Notes: a model not told the origin generated them from the letters alone. A DNA stretch of 39,755 nucleotides from Octopus sinensis (GCF_006345805.1 NW_021834108.1:1-39755); one strand, 5' to 3'. Positions 11,469 through 24,712 are shown, counted from the stretch's first letter. Program-made: numbers and translations.

Positions 11469-11909
11469 GTGTGTATATGTATATACATATATAAATATTA
11501 CGTATATATATATGTATGTATATGTATATATAAAAATATATGTATATATATATACGTATGCGTATGTGTGTGTGTGTGTGTGTGATCATCATTAAGACTA
11601 TACTGATTGGAGACCTTACCGTGCATTTAACATTATTGATTGCTGTTGTTCTCGTTGCCGTTGATGTTGTGTAATTATATTTTTAATTTCTTATGCTTAA
11701 TTACTAATCAATCATTCATCATTATCATCATCATCATCACACATCCGCCAACACCAACCCATTCTTACACCCACCCCCCACCACAAAGCCCCTTCCCCGC
11801 CCTGTAAACAAAAGAACAGAGGAAACGGGACAAAGGCAGACGCTCGCACACACTCACACATATGGATGTGTATATATACATAACACACACACACACACAC
11901 ATATATATG

Positions 11910-11955
<46 letters not shown>

Positions 11956-11976
11956 ATATATATATAATATATATAT

Positions 11977-12160
11977 AAGGCGAGCTGGCAGAGATGTTAG
12001 CACGCTGGGCGAAAATGCTGAGTTCAAATTCCGACGAGGTTAACTTTAGCTTTCATCTTTTCGGGGTCGATAAATTAAGTACCAGTTACGTACTGAGGTT
12101 GACCTAATCGACTGGTCTCCTCCCCAAAAAGTTCGTGCCTTCTGCCTACAGTAGAAAAAA
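11977..12160 (+). mobile_element. SINE family A (short tail variant) inside (TA)n
   Basis: AAGGCGAGCTGGCAGAG...GAGTTCAAATTCC...TTTCATCTTTCGGGGTCGATAAATTAAGTACCAG; internal deletion in the head. Confidence 0.88.
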
Positions 12161-12203
12161 CTTGATATATATATATGATATATGTGCATATATAATATAT
12201 ATA

Positions 12204-12283
<80 letters not shown>

Positions 12284-12319
12284 GTGTGTGTGTATGTTTG
12301 TTATAGATAGCTAGATATC

Positions 12320-12360
<41 letters not shown>

Positions 12361-12429
12361 TATATATATGCTTGATTGCTAACTTCACAAGTCTTTTTTT
12401 ATTCCCTCTCTGTGTATTTTATCTTATTC

Positions 12430-12465
12430 CTTTCTGTTGAAGAGCGTAGGCTCGAAACGTAAAAG
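12430..12465 (+). ncRNA. Minimal type I hammerhead ribozyme motif (A6U core variant), Penelope-like context
   Basis: CTTT-CTGTTGA-A-GAGC-GTAG-GCTC-GAA-ACGT-A-AAAG: helix I CTTT/AAAG, helix II GAGC/GCTC, palindromic helix III ACGT, GUA site. Confidence 0.68.
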
Positions 12466-12850
12466 ACTTTCTCACTTTCCTGAGCGTCAAACTAATACAC
12501 TTGCTTGTTGTTAATGCACCTGTCTTCGTCTTTTGATTTCCTGTAAATTTCAACTATATATATATGTGTGTGTGTGTATATGTGTGTGTGTGTACGTGTG
12601 TGTGTGTGTGTATGTATCTATGTATGTATGTGTGTATGTATGTATATGTATGTATGCATTTATGTATGTATGCATGAATATATTATGTATGTATGCATGT
12701 ATATATCTTTACAAGTGTGTGCACGTGTGAATACATTTACAGATATATATACGCTTGTGTGTTTGTATACTTAATCTAAGCTATAATATTCCCACATTAT
12801 AAGCATAACTATGCGTGTGTATACGCGTATGTATGCATACATGCATACAC

Positions 12851-12907
<57 letters not shown>

Positions 12908-13131
12908 TATATATATGTTTGTATGTATGTATTTATATATGTAGAGAGAGAGGGTGGGGAGGGAGAGAAAGAGACATACAACTATTGATTGATCTCGGAG
13001 GAGAATTCACAGAAAGTGAAAGTGAAAGAAAAAGGCTAGAATTTCCATCCCAGCAGAGTCAGCATTTCCTTCATCTGCGAGACAAAAGCAGACACTAACC
13101 CACATTACGTTAGAGACATTAATACAACAAA

Positions 13132-13193
<62 letters not shown>

Positions 13194-13608
13194 ATATATA
13201 TATTATAGTTACAGTTCTAAAGATTTATGACACTACAAATAACAAACGTTTGCCGACGCAGATTAAAAAGACTTAAGTGTGACGTCAATGGGACAATGTT
13301 GTAAAACTCCGGTTTACGGCAGTAAATTCAATAACAACACCCAGCTTAATAAACTAGAGCATCTCCACCACTACGTCTACTACCACCTACACCACAACTA
13401 ACGCCACCACCACCACCACTGTCAAACCAACAAGTCTGGCTTACGGTGGTTAATTCAATATCTGGTCCCACTTCGTTTCACATGCTCGCCATATTTCAAA
13501 ATCCCACAAGGATTATGGGATCACTAAATTCTTTGTTCTCTGAAATCTCCCGACCCAGAAAATGTGACTGTGTTTGGATTGCAGTTATGTAGACTCTTTC
13601 GTACATAA

Positions 13609-13658
<50 letters not shown>

Positions 13659-13953
13659 ACACACACGCATACACACATAGACATGTATGCAAACATAATG
13701 CATACACACAAACCACACGATCACGTAGAGGCTCACACATAGGCAAACACTCCCATATCGCATATCGTATGCGTAAATCGATATCTGTTCATGACTGAGC
13801 CTGCGGTTATTTGCCTAACCACAGGCATATCCTGCGTACACACGTACATATATCTATGTAAGTAGTGTGTGCGTACATATGCATGTAAATAGATAATATA
13901 TCTATTTATCTATCTATCTATCTTTATATATATATATATATCATATATATATA

Positions 13954-13999
<46 letters not shown>

Positions 14000-14013
14000 T
14001 ATACATATATATA

Positions 14014-14044
<31 letters not shown>

Positions 14045-14518
14045 ACATATACATATATATATATATAAATACAAGCACCGACATACATATATATATAATG
14101 CTATACATATCTCTCTATATATATACAAACATACATATATATATAATATATATGTATATATATATAGACACACACATGTGTGTGTGTGTTCAAGCATATA
14201 CTCCCAGACAACTCTACACACATCTCACACACATACACACACAAACACACCCGCTAGCATGCCCACATGTATATATACATATAATTATGTGTGTATGCGT
14301 ACGTGCACGTGCGCCCCTTTGTTCGTATGTTTACTACTTTCAAGGGAAAGGCACCAAGATAATTCGTTGTGCCTTTGGAATTACTAATGTTTTGTTACAT
14401 CCCTTTCTCTACTTATATGGACATCTACAAAAAAACATGCACTTATGAACATGCATATATAAATGTGTGTGTATATCCATATATGCATACATATATAGGA
14501 ATACATATGTATATATGT

Positions 14519-14934
14519 GAGTGGCTGTGTGGTAAGTAGCTTGCTTACCAACCACATGGTTCCGGGTTCAGTCCCACTGCGTGGCATCTTGGGCAAGTGT
14601 CTTCTACTATAGCCTCGGGCCGACCAAAGCCTTGTGAGTGGATTTGGTAGACGGAAACTGAAAGAAGCCAGTCGTATATATATGTATATATATGTATATA
14701 TATGTGTACGTGTGTGTTTGTGTGTCTGTGTTTGTCCCCCCACCATCGCTTGACAACCGATGCTGGTGTGTTTACGTCCCCGTTACTTAGCGGTTCGGCA
14801 AAAAGAGACCGATAGAATAAGCACTGGGCTTACAAAGAATAAGTCCCGGGGTCGAGTTGCTCGACTAAAGACGGTGCTCCAGCATGGCCGCAGTCAAATG
14901 ACTGAACAAGTAAAAGAGTAAAGAGTAAAGAGTA
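14519..14934 (+). mobile_element. SINE family B, full length, young
   Basis: Near-identical to 3938-4360; tail of TAAA(A)GAG repeats; inserted in TA-rich microsatellite. Confidence 0.93.
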
Positions 14935-14949
14935 TATGTATATATATAT

Positions 14950-15022
<73 letters not shown>

Positions 15023-15159
15023 TATACATATATATATACATATGTATATATATTAATACACTTAATATATATATTAAGTTGATACAGAAAATTATGAAGT
15101 GTATTAAGTTGATACAGAAAATGCCCCGTCAGCAGTCACCAGCCGTTCCACGTTCGATT

Positions 15160-15249
15160 CCAAACACACACAACGCCCGGTCTGGGAATCTAAACCGCGA
15201 TCCTCCGACCGCGAGTCCGCTGCCCTAACCACTGGGCCATTGCGCCTCC
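15160..15249 (-). mobile_element. SINE family C, tRNA head only
   Basis: CGCCCGGTCTGGGAATCTAAACCGCGATCC...CTAACCACTGGGCCATTGCGCCTCC. Confidence 0.85.
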
Positions 15250-16019
15250 TCTGTTGTTGCTGCTGTAGTAGTGGTGGTGGGTGTGGTGATGGCAGTGGCG
15301 GTGGTGGCCGTAATAGTATTGGTGTTGGTTGTAGTGGTAATGATTGCATTGGTGGTGGTGGTGGTGGTGGTAGTGATGGTGGTATAAATGCTTGTGATGG
15401 TAGTGATGCTGTTGCTTGTGGTGGTAGTTGTGGTAGTGGTGGTGGTGGTGGTGGTAGTGGTGGTGGTGGTGGTTTTGGTCATCGTCATCGCAGGCTATTT
15501 ATTGATGTTGGTGTTGTTGACGTCTAATCTCGTTTCCTTCTCTGTTGCAGTTGTTGAATTTACTGACGCACTCATTGCACCTGATGTTGCTGTTGCTGCA
15601 TCTCCTGCCACCCACTCTCCCTCTCTTTCTCTCCTTCCCTCTCTCTCCCTCCCTCCTTCCCTCTCTCTCTCCCCCCTTCCTCTCCCGCTCTCCCTTTGTC
15701 CCCTCTCTCCTCCTGTCCCGTCCCCTACCTCTTTCTTTCCCGCTCTCTCCCTTCCTTTACCTCTCTCTCTCTTTTCTCTTCTCTCTCTCTCTCCCTACCA
15801 CAGTCTCCTCTCTCTTCTCTCTCCTCTCATCCTCTCTCCCTCTCTCCCTCTCTTCCTCTCCCTCTTGCCCTCTCACCCTTTCCCCTTCTCTCCCGTACAC
15901 CATCCTCCCCCCTTTCAAATTTTCTTGCTTCATTTTATTTTTACTCATAAAAGTATTCTCTTGATGTTTTTGTTGTTGCCTTTGGATGGCATTGTTCGTG
16001 TAGTAGTAGTAGTAGTAGC

Positions 16020-16073
<54 letters not shown>

Positions 16074-16620
16074 TCTTGGTCTTCTTATTCTTCTTCTTGT
16101 AGTTGTTTGTTGTTTGTGACGTCTCACAGAGCACAACACCGAATGGCGCTAATCGGAATCTACATAGCAGAGGCAACAGCAACAACAACAACAACATAAA
16201 CAACAATAATAATAATAACAACAACAACAACAACAGCAACAAATACAGCAGCGGCTGAACAAATAGCAACGATAAGTAGTTGTGCTAGAGAGAGAGAGAA
16301 AAAGAGAGAGAGAAGAGGAGAGAAGGGACAGGGAGAAAGGGAGATGAAGAGAGTGGGGAGAGAGAAAGGGAGAGGCGGAGATAAGGGGAGAGAGAGATAG
16401 AGAAGAGAAAATTGTGAGGGGGAGGGAGCGGAAGAGAAAGAGGGAGACTGCGAAGAGAGGGACAACGGAAGACAAAGGGGAGAGGGTGAGGAACAGGGTG
16501 AATATGTGCAACTGGAGATGCAGCAACTCATGGAAGACAATAAGGTAAGGTGCAACAAGTGTATCATAAACTGCAGGAACTATAACAACTATTGCAACAA
16601 TAACTGTATTAATAGCAACA
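15250..16620. repeat. Low-complexity mosaic: (GGT)n, pyrimidine tract, (TAG)n, (CAA)n, purine tract
   Basis: Directly visible. Confidence 0.9.
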
Positions 16621-16678
16621 GGACGCCCATAACAATCATATAACGTTTCTTCCTCTATGAGGTGCCAGATGGAAGGAT

Positions 16679-16914
16679 ACCTATTTCTTTACTACCCACA
16701 AGGGGCTAAACACAGAGGGGACAAACAAGGACAGACAAACGGATTAAGTCGATTACATCGACCCCGGTGCGTAACTGGTACTTATTTAATCGACCCCGAA
16801 AGGATGAAAGGTAAAGTCGACCTCGGCGGAATTTGAACTCAGAACGCAGCGGCGGACGAAATACCACAAAGCATTTCGCCCAGCGTGCTAACGATTCTGC
16901 CAGCTCGCCGCCTT
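16679..16914 (-). mobile_element. SINE family A monomer (long tail variant), full length
   Basis: Head AAGGCGGCGAGCTGGCAGAATCG; end AAAGAAATAGGT; perfect 11-bp TSD GATGGAAGGAT (16668-16678 and 16915-16925). Confidence 0.95.
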
Positions 16915-17854
16915 GATGGAAGGATCACACCTCCAGTGGGGTGGAAACAACGCACTAGTATATTAGTGTTGAGGTTTATACCATTGATGCTTGACACTAC
17001 CATTATATGACTGGTACCTGTTCTACCAGTCACTGGACGGATGAAAAGAAAGGTTGATCCCGATCATGGTTTGAACTCAGAACGTACAGTGACACAATTT
17101 AATGTTAACAGGTACTTTATCCGGTTCAATAGAGATCCTGTTACTCACTGCCCTCTACGTTGTATATCAATTATGCTCCTACCATTCCCCTATACTTTAC
17201 CCTCCTCTGTTCTCCAACGGTTTTGTACTTCGTTCTGTTGCTCCTGACACTCCACCGTCCTTTAAGTTCTTTATCTGCAACGGTGCAATTTCTGTCTATT
17301 TTATATTAATTATCCCCATCACGGTATTAAAAAAATTATATCTTACAAACACATAAGGTCACACATCTTTGGTGGGTGGGAGCGCGTAAGTCGACAAAGT
17401 GCTCCAACCGTGACCGTTACTTTTTCAATTTTTTTTTTATTCAGACCTATTCTTATCTAAAACTTATCATCCTCATGTGCTTTACTATGAGGACCTGAAC
17501 AACCCGACTGTTCTTCTATATAGTGGAAAGGTTTATCTTGGGAGTTGGGAGACACTATGAATGGGTCCCCAAGCTTTTGGTACGGAGCAACTGATTCTGA
17601 AAAATAAAAAGAGAGTAGATAGGGGTGGGGAAGAAAGAGAGATACACAGCAATTGATTACTGCCTCATTTATCAAGTCCGAAAAAATAAAACCAGCGTTG
17701 TCCTGGGCCAGATTCGATCCAAGATGTCAGGAGCCAAAGCGAACTCGCAAAGTACCTGTCCGGTATTTCTAACCATTCTGCCAATCGGCCACCCAACTAT
17801 CTGCAATGGTTAATACATTATCGCCATGCCTTTTATCCTTACTTTGTTGATACA

Positions 17855-18400
17855 CCGTGAATGCGCGTGGCCTAGTTGTTAAATTGCCACAATCACGATC
17901 GCAAGATTGCAGTTTCGATTTCCGTGGGGGATGGTGCAAAACGCTTCATTTATTTTTGCTCCTGTTAGTGAGTAACTCCACGATGGAACGGCGTCCCAAC
18001 TGGATCAAAAGTGTGAGGGCGCGTGGCTTAGTGGTTAGGGCATTCGGCTCATGATCGTAAGGTTGTGAGTTCGATTCCCGGCGACGCGTTGTGTCCTTGA
18101 GCAAGACACTTTATTTCACGTTGCTCCAGTCCACTCAGCTGGCAAAAATGAGTTGTACTTGTATTTCAAAGGGTCAGCCTTGTCACTCTCTGTGTCACGC
18201 TGATTATCCCCGAGAACTACGTTAAGGGTACACGTGTCTGTGGAATGCTCAGCCATTTGCACGTTAATTTCACGAGCAAGCTGTTCCGTTGATTCGGATC
18301 AACCGGAACCCTCATCGTCGTAACCGGCGGAGTCTTTTACAAAGAAGGATCAAAAGTGTTGGGATTTAGGCCACTTATACGATGAGAAAACCAGGGTCAT
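17855..18400 (+). mobile_element. Old Meta-like SINE interrupted by a younger SINE
   Basis: tRNA-like head at 17855-17925, CACGATGGAACGGCGTCCC at ~17978-17996, and GAAAACCAGGG after the insertion; compare 33566-33800. Confidence 0.55.
18015..18346 (+). mobile_element. SINE family D (tRNA head, Meta-like domain, tail type 2), full length
   Basis: GAGGGCGCGTGGCTTAGTGG...GTTCGATTCCC...TTGTGTCCTTGAGCAAGACACTTTATTTC; perfect 13-bp TSD GGATCAAAAGTGT (18002-18014 and 18347-18359). Confidence 0.93.
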
Positions 18401-18737
18401 CGATTCCATGAGTTCTAGGACCCAAAACAATATGATATTACGGTACGGTGTGATTTCAGAGAAGGAATTAGCTACTATTTATAACAGGTCAAGCGACTAC
18501 GAAACGTTCCACTTTTGCTTTAGAATGGGTAAAGGTGAGAGCCTAATTCTTATCATTATTCCTTCATTTATTTATTTTTTTATTATTTTATTTATTTATT
18601 TATTTATTTGTTTATATTACAATAAATTCCAATTCCAATTTAATATCGTTTTTTTCTTTCTTTCTTCAAAATAATTTTCCAAAAATACTTTTATCATTAA
18701 AGTTAATGCATTTCGCAATCTGCTTTATCAGATTAAA

Positions 18738-18757
18738 AAATAATAATAACGATAATG

Positions 18758-18811
<54 letters not shown>

Positions 18812-18874
18812 TAATAATAATGATAATAACAATAATAATGGTTTCTTTTATAAATGATGATGATGATGCTGATA

Positions 18875-18909
<35 letters not shown>

Positions 18910-19069
18910 GGTGGTGGTGGTGGAAGTGGTGGTGGTGGTGGTGGTGGTGATGATGATGATGATGTTGATGATGATGATGATGATGAGGAAGGTGGTGGTG
19001 GTGGTGATGATGATGATGAAGAAGATAGGGAGGAAGAAGAAGAGGAAGAGGAGGAGGATGGTGAAGAAT

Positions 19070-19118
<49 letters not shown>

Positions 19119-19410
19119 CGATGAAGAAGAAGAAGAAGAAGAAGAAGGAGAAGAAGGAGAGGAGGAGAAGAAGAAGAAGAAGAAGAAAAGAGAAAGAAGA
19201 AGAAGAAGAGAAGGAGGGAAGAGGAAGAAGAAGAAGAGGAGAAGAAGAAGAAGAAGAAGAAGAAGAAGAAGAAGAGAGGAGGAGGAGAGAGAAGATAAGA
19301 GAAGAGAAGAAGAAGAAGAAGAGAAGAAAGAAGAAGAAGAAGAAGAAGAAGAAGAAGAAGAAGAAGAAGAAGAAGAAGAAGAAGAAGAAAAAGAAGAAGA
19401 AGAAGAAGAT
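18738..19410. repeat. Compound microsatellite (AAT)n-(GAT)n-(GGT)n-(GAA)n
   Basis: Directly visible; source of the 298/268/216-aa low-complexity ORFs. Confidence 0.97.
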
Positions 19411-20036
19411 ACTTCAGTATTTTTATATATATTTTTATCCATATTTTCGTGTGTTAAAGCCGACTTCATCAATATTGTTATCAGAATTCATTTTACTTGC
19501 TTAAAATATTTTACGTACGAGATTTATTTTGCAGTTGTTTTGTTTATTTTTATGTGTGTGTGTTTTTTTAGGGCTTTTATATTATTTTTTGTTTTTGTTT
19601 AAAATTTTCATTCTTTTTGTTTGTCTTTTTGTATTATTTTTATTTAATCATTTTTTTAATTTTTATTTTTTTTTTGATTTTTACAATTTCTTTGCGTGAG
19701 TTAAAAAGCAAATCTTTTATCAGAAACATTGAATGTGTTAAAGTAAATACATTATCGATTAGTGTTTGCTTAAGTTTTATCGATTTCCTGGTTAAGTGCA
19801 TATTATGTGCAGTAGAATTTAAAGACTATCTTGCGAAAAACATTTTTGTTTTTCTTCTTTTTTTTCCTTTTTTTAATTTTTTATATTTATTCTCTATTCT
19901 TTATCAATGCCCAAAATTATATTCTTTTCCTAAAGTGATCGGAAAATTTTCACTTTTCAATTCTTTACAACCACTGGCCCACCGACGAGTTTAACGAAGG
20001 AGTCAGAATGTGGTCGACAGATCTGCTAGAAATAGC

Positions 20037-20292
20037 AGTGGCTATGAGTTTAGAAGTCTGCTTCCCAGTCGCATGGTTCCGGGTTCAGTCCCACTGCAAT
20101 GCAATTTAGGCAAGTGAGTGGATTTGATAGACGAAAACTGAAAGAAGCCCGTCGGGTTCACATGAGTGTGTGTGTGCATGCGTATGTGTCTTTGTGTTTG
20201 TGCTTCTCGCCCACCATAGATTGGCAACAGGTGCTGGTTTGTTTACGTCTCCGTAGTCTAGCAGTTAGGCAAAAGAGAGCGACAGGCTAAGT
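20037..20292 (+). mobile_element. SINE family B, diverged and internally deleted
   Basis: GGTTCCGGGTTCAGTCCCACTGC...GAAAACTGAAAGAAGCCCGTCG...GTTTACGTCTCCGTAG. Confidence 0.8.
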
Positions 20293-20800
20293 CATCGTTA
20301 TCATGTATCGCACTTCTTGGCAGCGCATTGATGACACTACAACAAAAGTCTTTCCGATTTAGAGCACGGTCGATTCAACCCATCTGGATTGAAGGAGACG
20401 CTAAGTGAAATTCGAAGTCCCAGTCAGAACTAATTTTAAGCATCTTTTGACAGAGGAAAAGTGCTCCAGCCAGGACTCTCTCATCTTATTCACTCGGAAC
20501 TCCGATGAAACTGTAGCGTTCCTACGTTCTGACATTCCCATGGTGTTGTTTGCCTGGCAAGATATTGGGCTGATTTGCCCTTGCCTACCTCAAGTGGGTG
20601 ACCGTTGGCTCATAAAGAAATCGTCCAGCTTTCGATAGATCTTGCTTTCAGTCCTGCTGAGTGTCCAGACGCAAGCTACTCAAGTGGCTCGAACCAGTAG
20701 CAGATCTTGTCAGTCTGGGATGAGATCCTTGACCTGACTAGCGTTAGGCAAAGCATAAAGATTAAGCCAAAAACTCATTTTATAAAATAAGTGCTTAGGA

Positions 20801-21150
20801 GCAAGCGTGGCTGTGTGGTTCTGGGTTCAGTCCCACTACGTGGCACCTTGGGCGAGTGTCTCCTACTATAACCTCAGAACAGCCAAAGCCTCTTGAGAGG
20901 ATTTCGTAGACGAAAACTGAAAAAAGCCTATCAAATAAGTTGTGTGAGTGTGTGTCCGTCCGTCCGTCCGACAAGCGCTTGATAATCGGTGCTGGTTTGC
21001 TTGCGTCCCCGTAATTTAGAGGTTTACCAAAAATACCGATAGAATAAGGAGAGGCTTTAAGTAAGTAACGCGGGCCATTCATTCGACAAAAAATTCTTTG
21101 AGGCCGTGCTCCAGTATGACCGCAGTCTTGTGAGTGAAACCACTAAAATA
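20801..21150 (+). mobile_element. SINE family B, diverged near-full copy
   Basis: Head with deletion; tail CCGTGCTCCAGTATGACCGCAGTC. Confidence 0.82.
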
Positions 21151-21491
21151 CAATATATACATGTATGTACGCATGTATATATTCGTATACACCCATATAT
21201 ACATTCAGATATGCATACATACACACATGCATGCATACATGCAAATATACAAACATGTGTATATGTATATATATATATAAGTACATACACACACGTATAG
21301 ATTCCTGAATGCGTTTATGAGTAGATACATAGATACAACAATACACACACATACACATGTATACATACAAAACACAGATTAATATACAAACATACATGCA
21401 TACATACTAATATACAAATATGCATACACACAGGCATACATACAAACAAACATACATGCATGCATACAGATTAATACACATGCATACATAC

Positions 21492-21616
21492 ATATATATA
21501 CCTTTACATACATACACATACATACAGACTGACTGACAGACATGCATACATGCAGACAGAGAGACAGACAGACGGACAAACATGTGTACATAGAAAGCAT
21601 TCAGACTTATATACAA

Positions 21617-21651
<35 letters not shown>

Positions 21652-22336
21652 TATATGGGTGTGTGGTTTGTGAGTGTGTGTGTGTGTGTGTGTATATATA
21701 TGTCTGTATCTCTCTCTATCTCTTCTTCAACCTCCATCCTTAAACCCATAACAAAATTTTATCGAATGCGCCCGTTTCATCAGCGACATCGTCAGACGAG
21801 AACAAAGATATTGTATTTTTGTATTTCTAACACAATGAAAATAAGACAAAAACAGAAACATCACTTTTTCCATAATTTTGTCTTCGGATTTACAAAAGGT
21901 CCACCCGAAACCCTTTTCGTTTCCAATGTTTACTGACCAAATAAAGATTTTATCGACATTTTATTGTTTGTTTTTTTTATATGAAAGAAAAAACAAACAC
22001 CCTCTTAAACATCGCTAATTAGCGATATATTTTCGTCAATAAAGTAAATAAATAAATAAATACGGTGTGGAAAATGTTCTTGTTTTTCCTATGTCGTTAT
22101 CGTTGTTGTTGTTGTTGTTGTTGTTGATGATGTTGTTTCTTTTAGTGGCAGTGGTAATAGTGGTATGTGTGCGTATGTATGTTTGTTTGTGTATTACAAA
22201 GAGAAGAAGAAGAGGAGGAAGAAGAAGTGGAAGAAGAAGAAGTGGAAGAAGAAGAATAGGAGGAGGACGAAGAGGAGAAAGAAGAGGAGGAAGAAGAAGA
22301 AGAAGGAGAAGAGAAAAGAAAAGGTAGTAGTAGTAC

Positions 22337-22367
<31 letters not shown>

Positions 22368-22660
22368 TAGTAGTAGTAGAAGAAGAAGAAGAAGAAGAAG
22401 AAGAAGAAGAAGAAGAATCTGTTTTTGTTGCTTGCTGTTATTTGTGTTGACTTTTGCTGTTTTTATGTATGTGCGCATGCCTGTATGGTTGTCTGTCTGT
22501 CTGTCTGTATGTCTGTCTGTCTGTATGTATGTATGTTTGTATATAAGTCTGAATGCTTTCTATGTACACATGTTTCTCCGTCTGTCTGTCTCTCTGTCTG
22601 CATGTATGCATGTCTGTCAGTCAGTCTGTATGTATGTGTATGTATGTAAGGTATATATAT
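21492..22660. repeat. ~135-bp inverted duplication (arms 21492-21630 and 22523-22660)
   Basis: Arms are near-identical reverse complements, including the non-repetitive string CATGTGTACATAGAAAGCATTCAGACTTATATACAAAC. By eye: one substitution and one short indel. Confidence 0.92.
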
Positions 22661-22765
22661 TATATATATATATATATATATTATTATATTATATATATAT
22701 ATATATATATAATATATATATATATATATTATATATGTAAAGGTATATATATATATATACACGCA

Positions 22766-22912
22766 ATGGGCTTCTTTAAGTCTCTGTCCACCAAATCCAC
22801 TCAAAAGGCTTTGGTCGGCCCGACGCTATAGTAGAAGAGACACTTGTCCAAAGTGTCACGCAGTGGGAATGAACCCGGAACCATGTGGTTGGAAAGCAAG
22901 CTCCTTACCGCA
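22766..22912 (-). mobile_element. SINE family B, head-only copy
   Basis: Reverse complement of the B head abutting (TA)n. Confidence 0.85.
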
Positions 22913-23733
22913 CTAGTCTAGTCCCTGACATAAATTACAACTGATTGAAATAGGCTGGATGGTCAAGGCCGGAGCACCTGTGATTATTGAACATCTCAAT
23001 CGGAACTCGCCTGGAACTACGAAAACCAAGCGATAAATTAGCCATGATGCAGTCGTCAGATCGACCAGGTATACGATTTTTCTGATGGTCACTCTCGAAC
23101 ACATGTCGTAACAAGCACGATAATATTACGAGGTCTTCGGACCCAACTTAACTACATTCATTTATGGCTGATGCCGTTATTATTGAGGGTCTGTAATAAA
23201 ACGTGATGTATTTTCTACGTGACACGGATTGCATATTTTCGCTCCTATCTGTAAGCTTTGGGAGATTCTTTAACTGTCAATTCAATCTTTATGTTTCTGT
23301 TGCCTTTCTACTTGAATGTCCAGATATATTGCGATAATAAAGTTACGTTCTGCTTTGTTGGTCTTGCAGAAGCTACTGAAATGTTGTAGATAGCGAATTC
23401 TAAAAGAACTTTCTGTCAATTTAATATATAAGTGGTCTGTGTGCAACAAGATTTAATGGTCACTAATGTAATCAGCCGACAAACCGCTACACAGGACGGT
23501 CAAATGTTGGGACGTTTCAAACCAATGTTTGACCAGGGGAAATAAAACGCCAGACACTCTAAAAAAAGTCAACTAATGGAAGCTGACGATGTGATCCATG
23601 AGCTGCAGGAAATAGCAACGGTGCCTCCCTTAAATTACACCTTGTTGACATATAATTACACTTCGTCTGTCCTCGTTTGTCCCCTCTATGTTTTGCCCCA
23701 GTGGGCAATAAAGAGATTAATATACATATACAT

Positions 23734-23766
<33 letters not shown>

Positions 23767-23797
23767 TATATATACATATATACATACATACATATTT

Positions 23798-23957
23798 GAT
23801 GGGCTTCTTTCAGTTTCCGTATCCCAAATCCACTCACAAGACTTTGATCTGCCCGAGGTTATAGTAGACGACACTTGCCCTAGGTGCCATTCAGTGAGAC
23901 TGAACCCGAAACCTTGTGGTTGGGAAGCAAGCTTCTTACCACACAGCCACTCCTGCC
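23798..23957 (-). mobile_element. SINE family B, head-only copy
   Basis: GGGCTTCTTTCAGTTTCCG...CTTACCACACAGCCACTCCTGC. Confidence 0.87.
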
Positions 23958-24020
23958 CCTATATTGATGAAATTCGGATGAGCATCCTCTTCTAAGCCTC
24001 ATTATATCAAAGCATCTGCA

Positions 24021-24235
24021 AAGGCGAAAAGTTGGCAGAATCGTTAGCACGCCGAGCTAAATGCTTAGCGGCATTTTGTCCCTCCTTACGTTCCGAGTTC
24101 AAATTCCGCCAAGATCGACTTTGCTTTTCATCCTTTCGGGTTCGATAAAATAAGTACCATTTACCCACTGGGGTCGATGTAATCGATTTAATCCCCTCCC
24201 TCAAATTTTCAAACCTTGTTCCTTTAGTAGGAAGG
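24021..24235 (+). mobile_element. SINE family A (short tail variant), full length
   Basis: 17-bp TSD ATATCAAAGCA(T/C)CTGCA at 24004-24020 and 24236-24252. Confidence 0.93.
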
Positions 24236-24418
24236 ATATCAAAGCACCTGCAGATATGTCATGTGATTATGACGTCATTCTAATATGACCATGTGACTTG
24301 AAATTACTTTATATGTTAGAATTACTTATTGGCTTCCTACAGAATAACCCTATCGAGGATTGCTTCGAGAAGAATCTGACACAATTTGTACACACACATA
24401 CACACACACACATACAAG

Positions 24419-24449
<31 letters not shown>

Positions 24450-24490
24450 GCACGCACGCACAGAGGGTGGCTTAGTGGTAAGAAGTTTGC

Positions 24491-24712
24491 GAGCTGGCAG
24501 AAACGTTAGCATGTCGGCGAAATGCGTAGCCATATTTCGTCCGCCGTTACGTTCTGAGTTCAAATTCCGCCGAGGTCGACTTTGCCTTTCATCCTTTCGG
24601 GGTCGATTAAATAAGTACCAGTTACGCACTGGGGTCGATGTAATCGACTTAATCCGTTTATCTGTCCTTCTTTGTCCTCTCTGTGTTTAGCCCCTTGTGG
24701 GTAGTAAAGAAA
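24491..24712 (+). mobile_element. SINE family A (long tail variant) nested in a family B head
   Basis: 12-bp TSD TAAGAAGTTTGC (24479-24490 and 24713-24724); host B head at 24463-24490 resumes at 24725-24760. Confidence 0.92.

Noticed and set aside
15071-15121. 21-bp direct repeat TATTAAGTTGATACAGAAAAT x2
   Set aside because: A simple local tandem duplication with no further structure.
20400-20700. Possible LINE ORF2 relic on the minus strand (ESWTI, QANNTMGM, RESWLEH)
   Set aside because: Fragments point to different LINE clades and lie in different frames; not supportable without an HMM search.
21765-21800. Minus-strand CTGACGA...GAAAC
   Set aside because: Helix II is marginal and neither helix III nor helix I can be closed.
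22930-23480. Possible second mariner relic (GAGGGTCTGTAATAAAA TIR-like string; EATEML*IA; KLQLIEIGW)
   Set aside because: Motifs are short, in the wrong order for one element, and no partner TIR was found.
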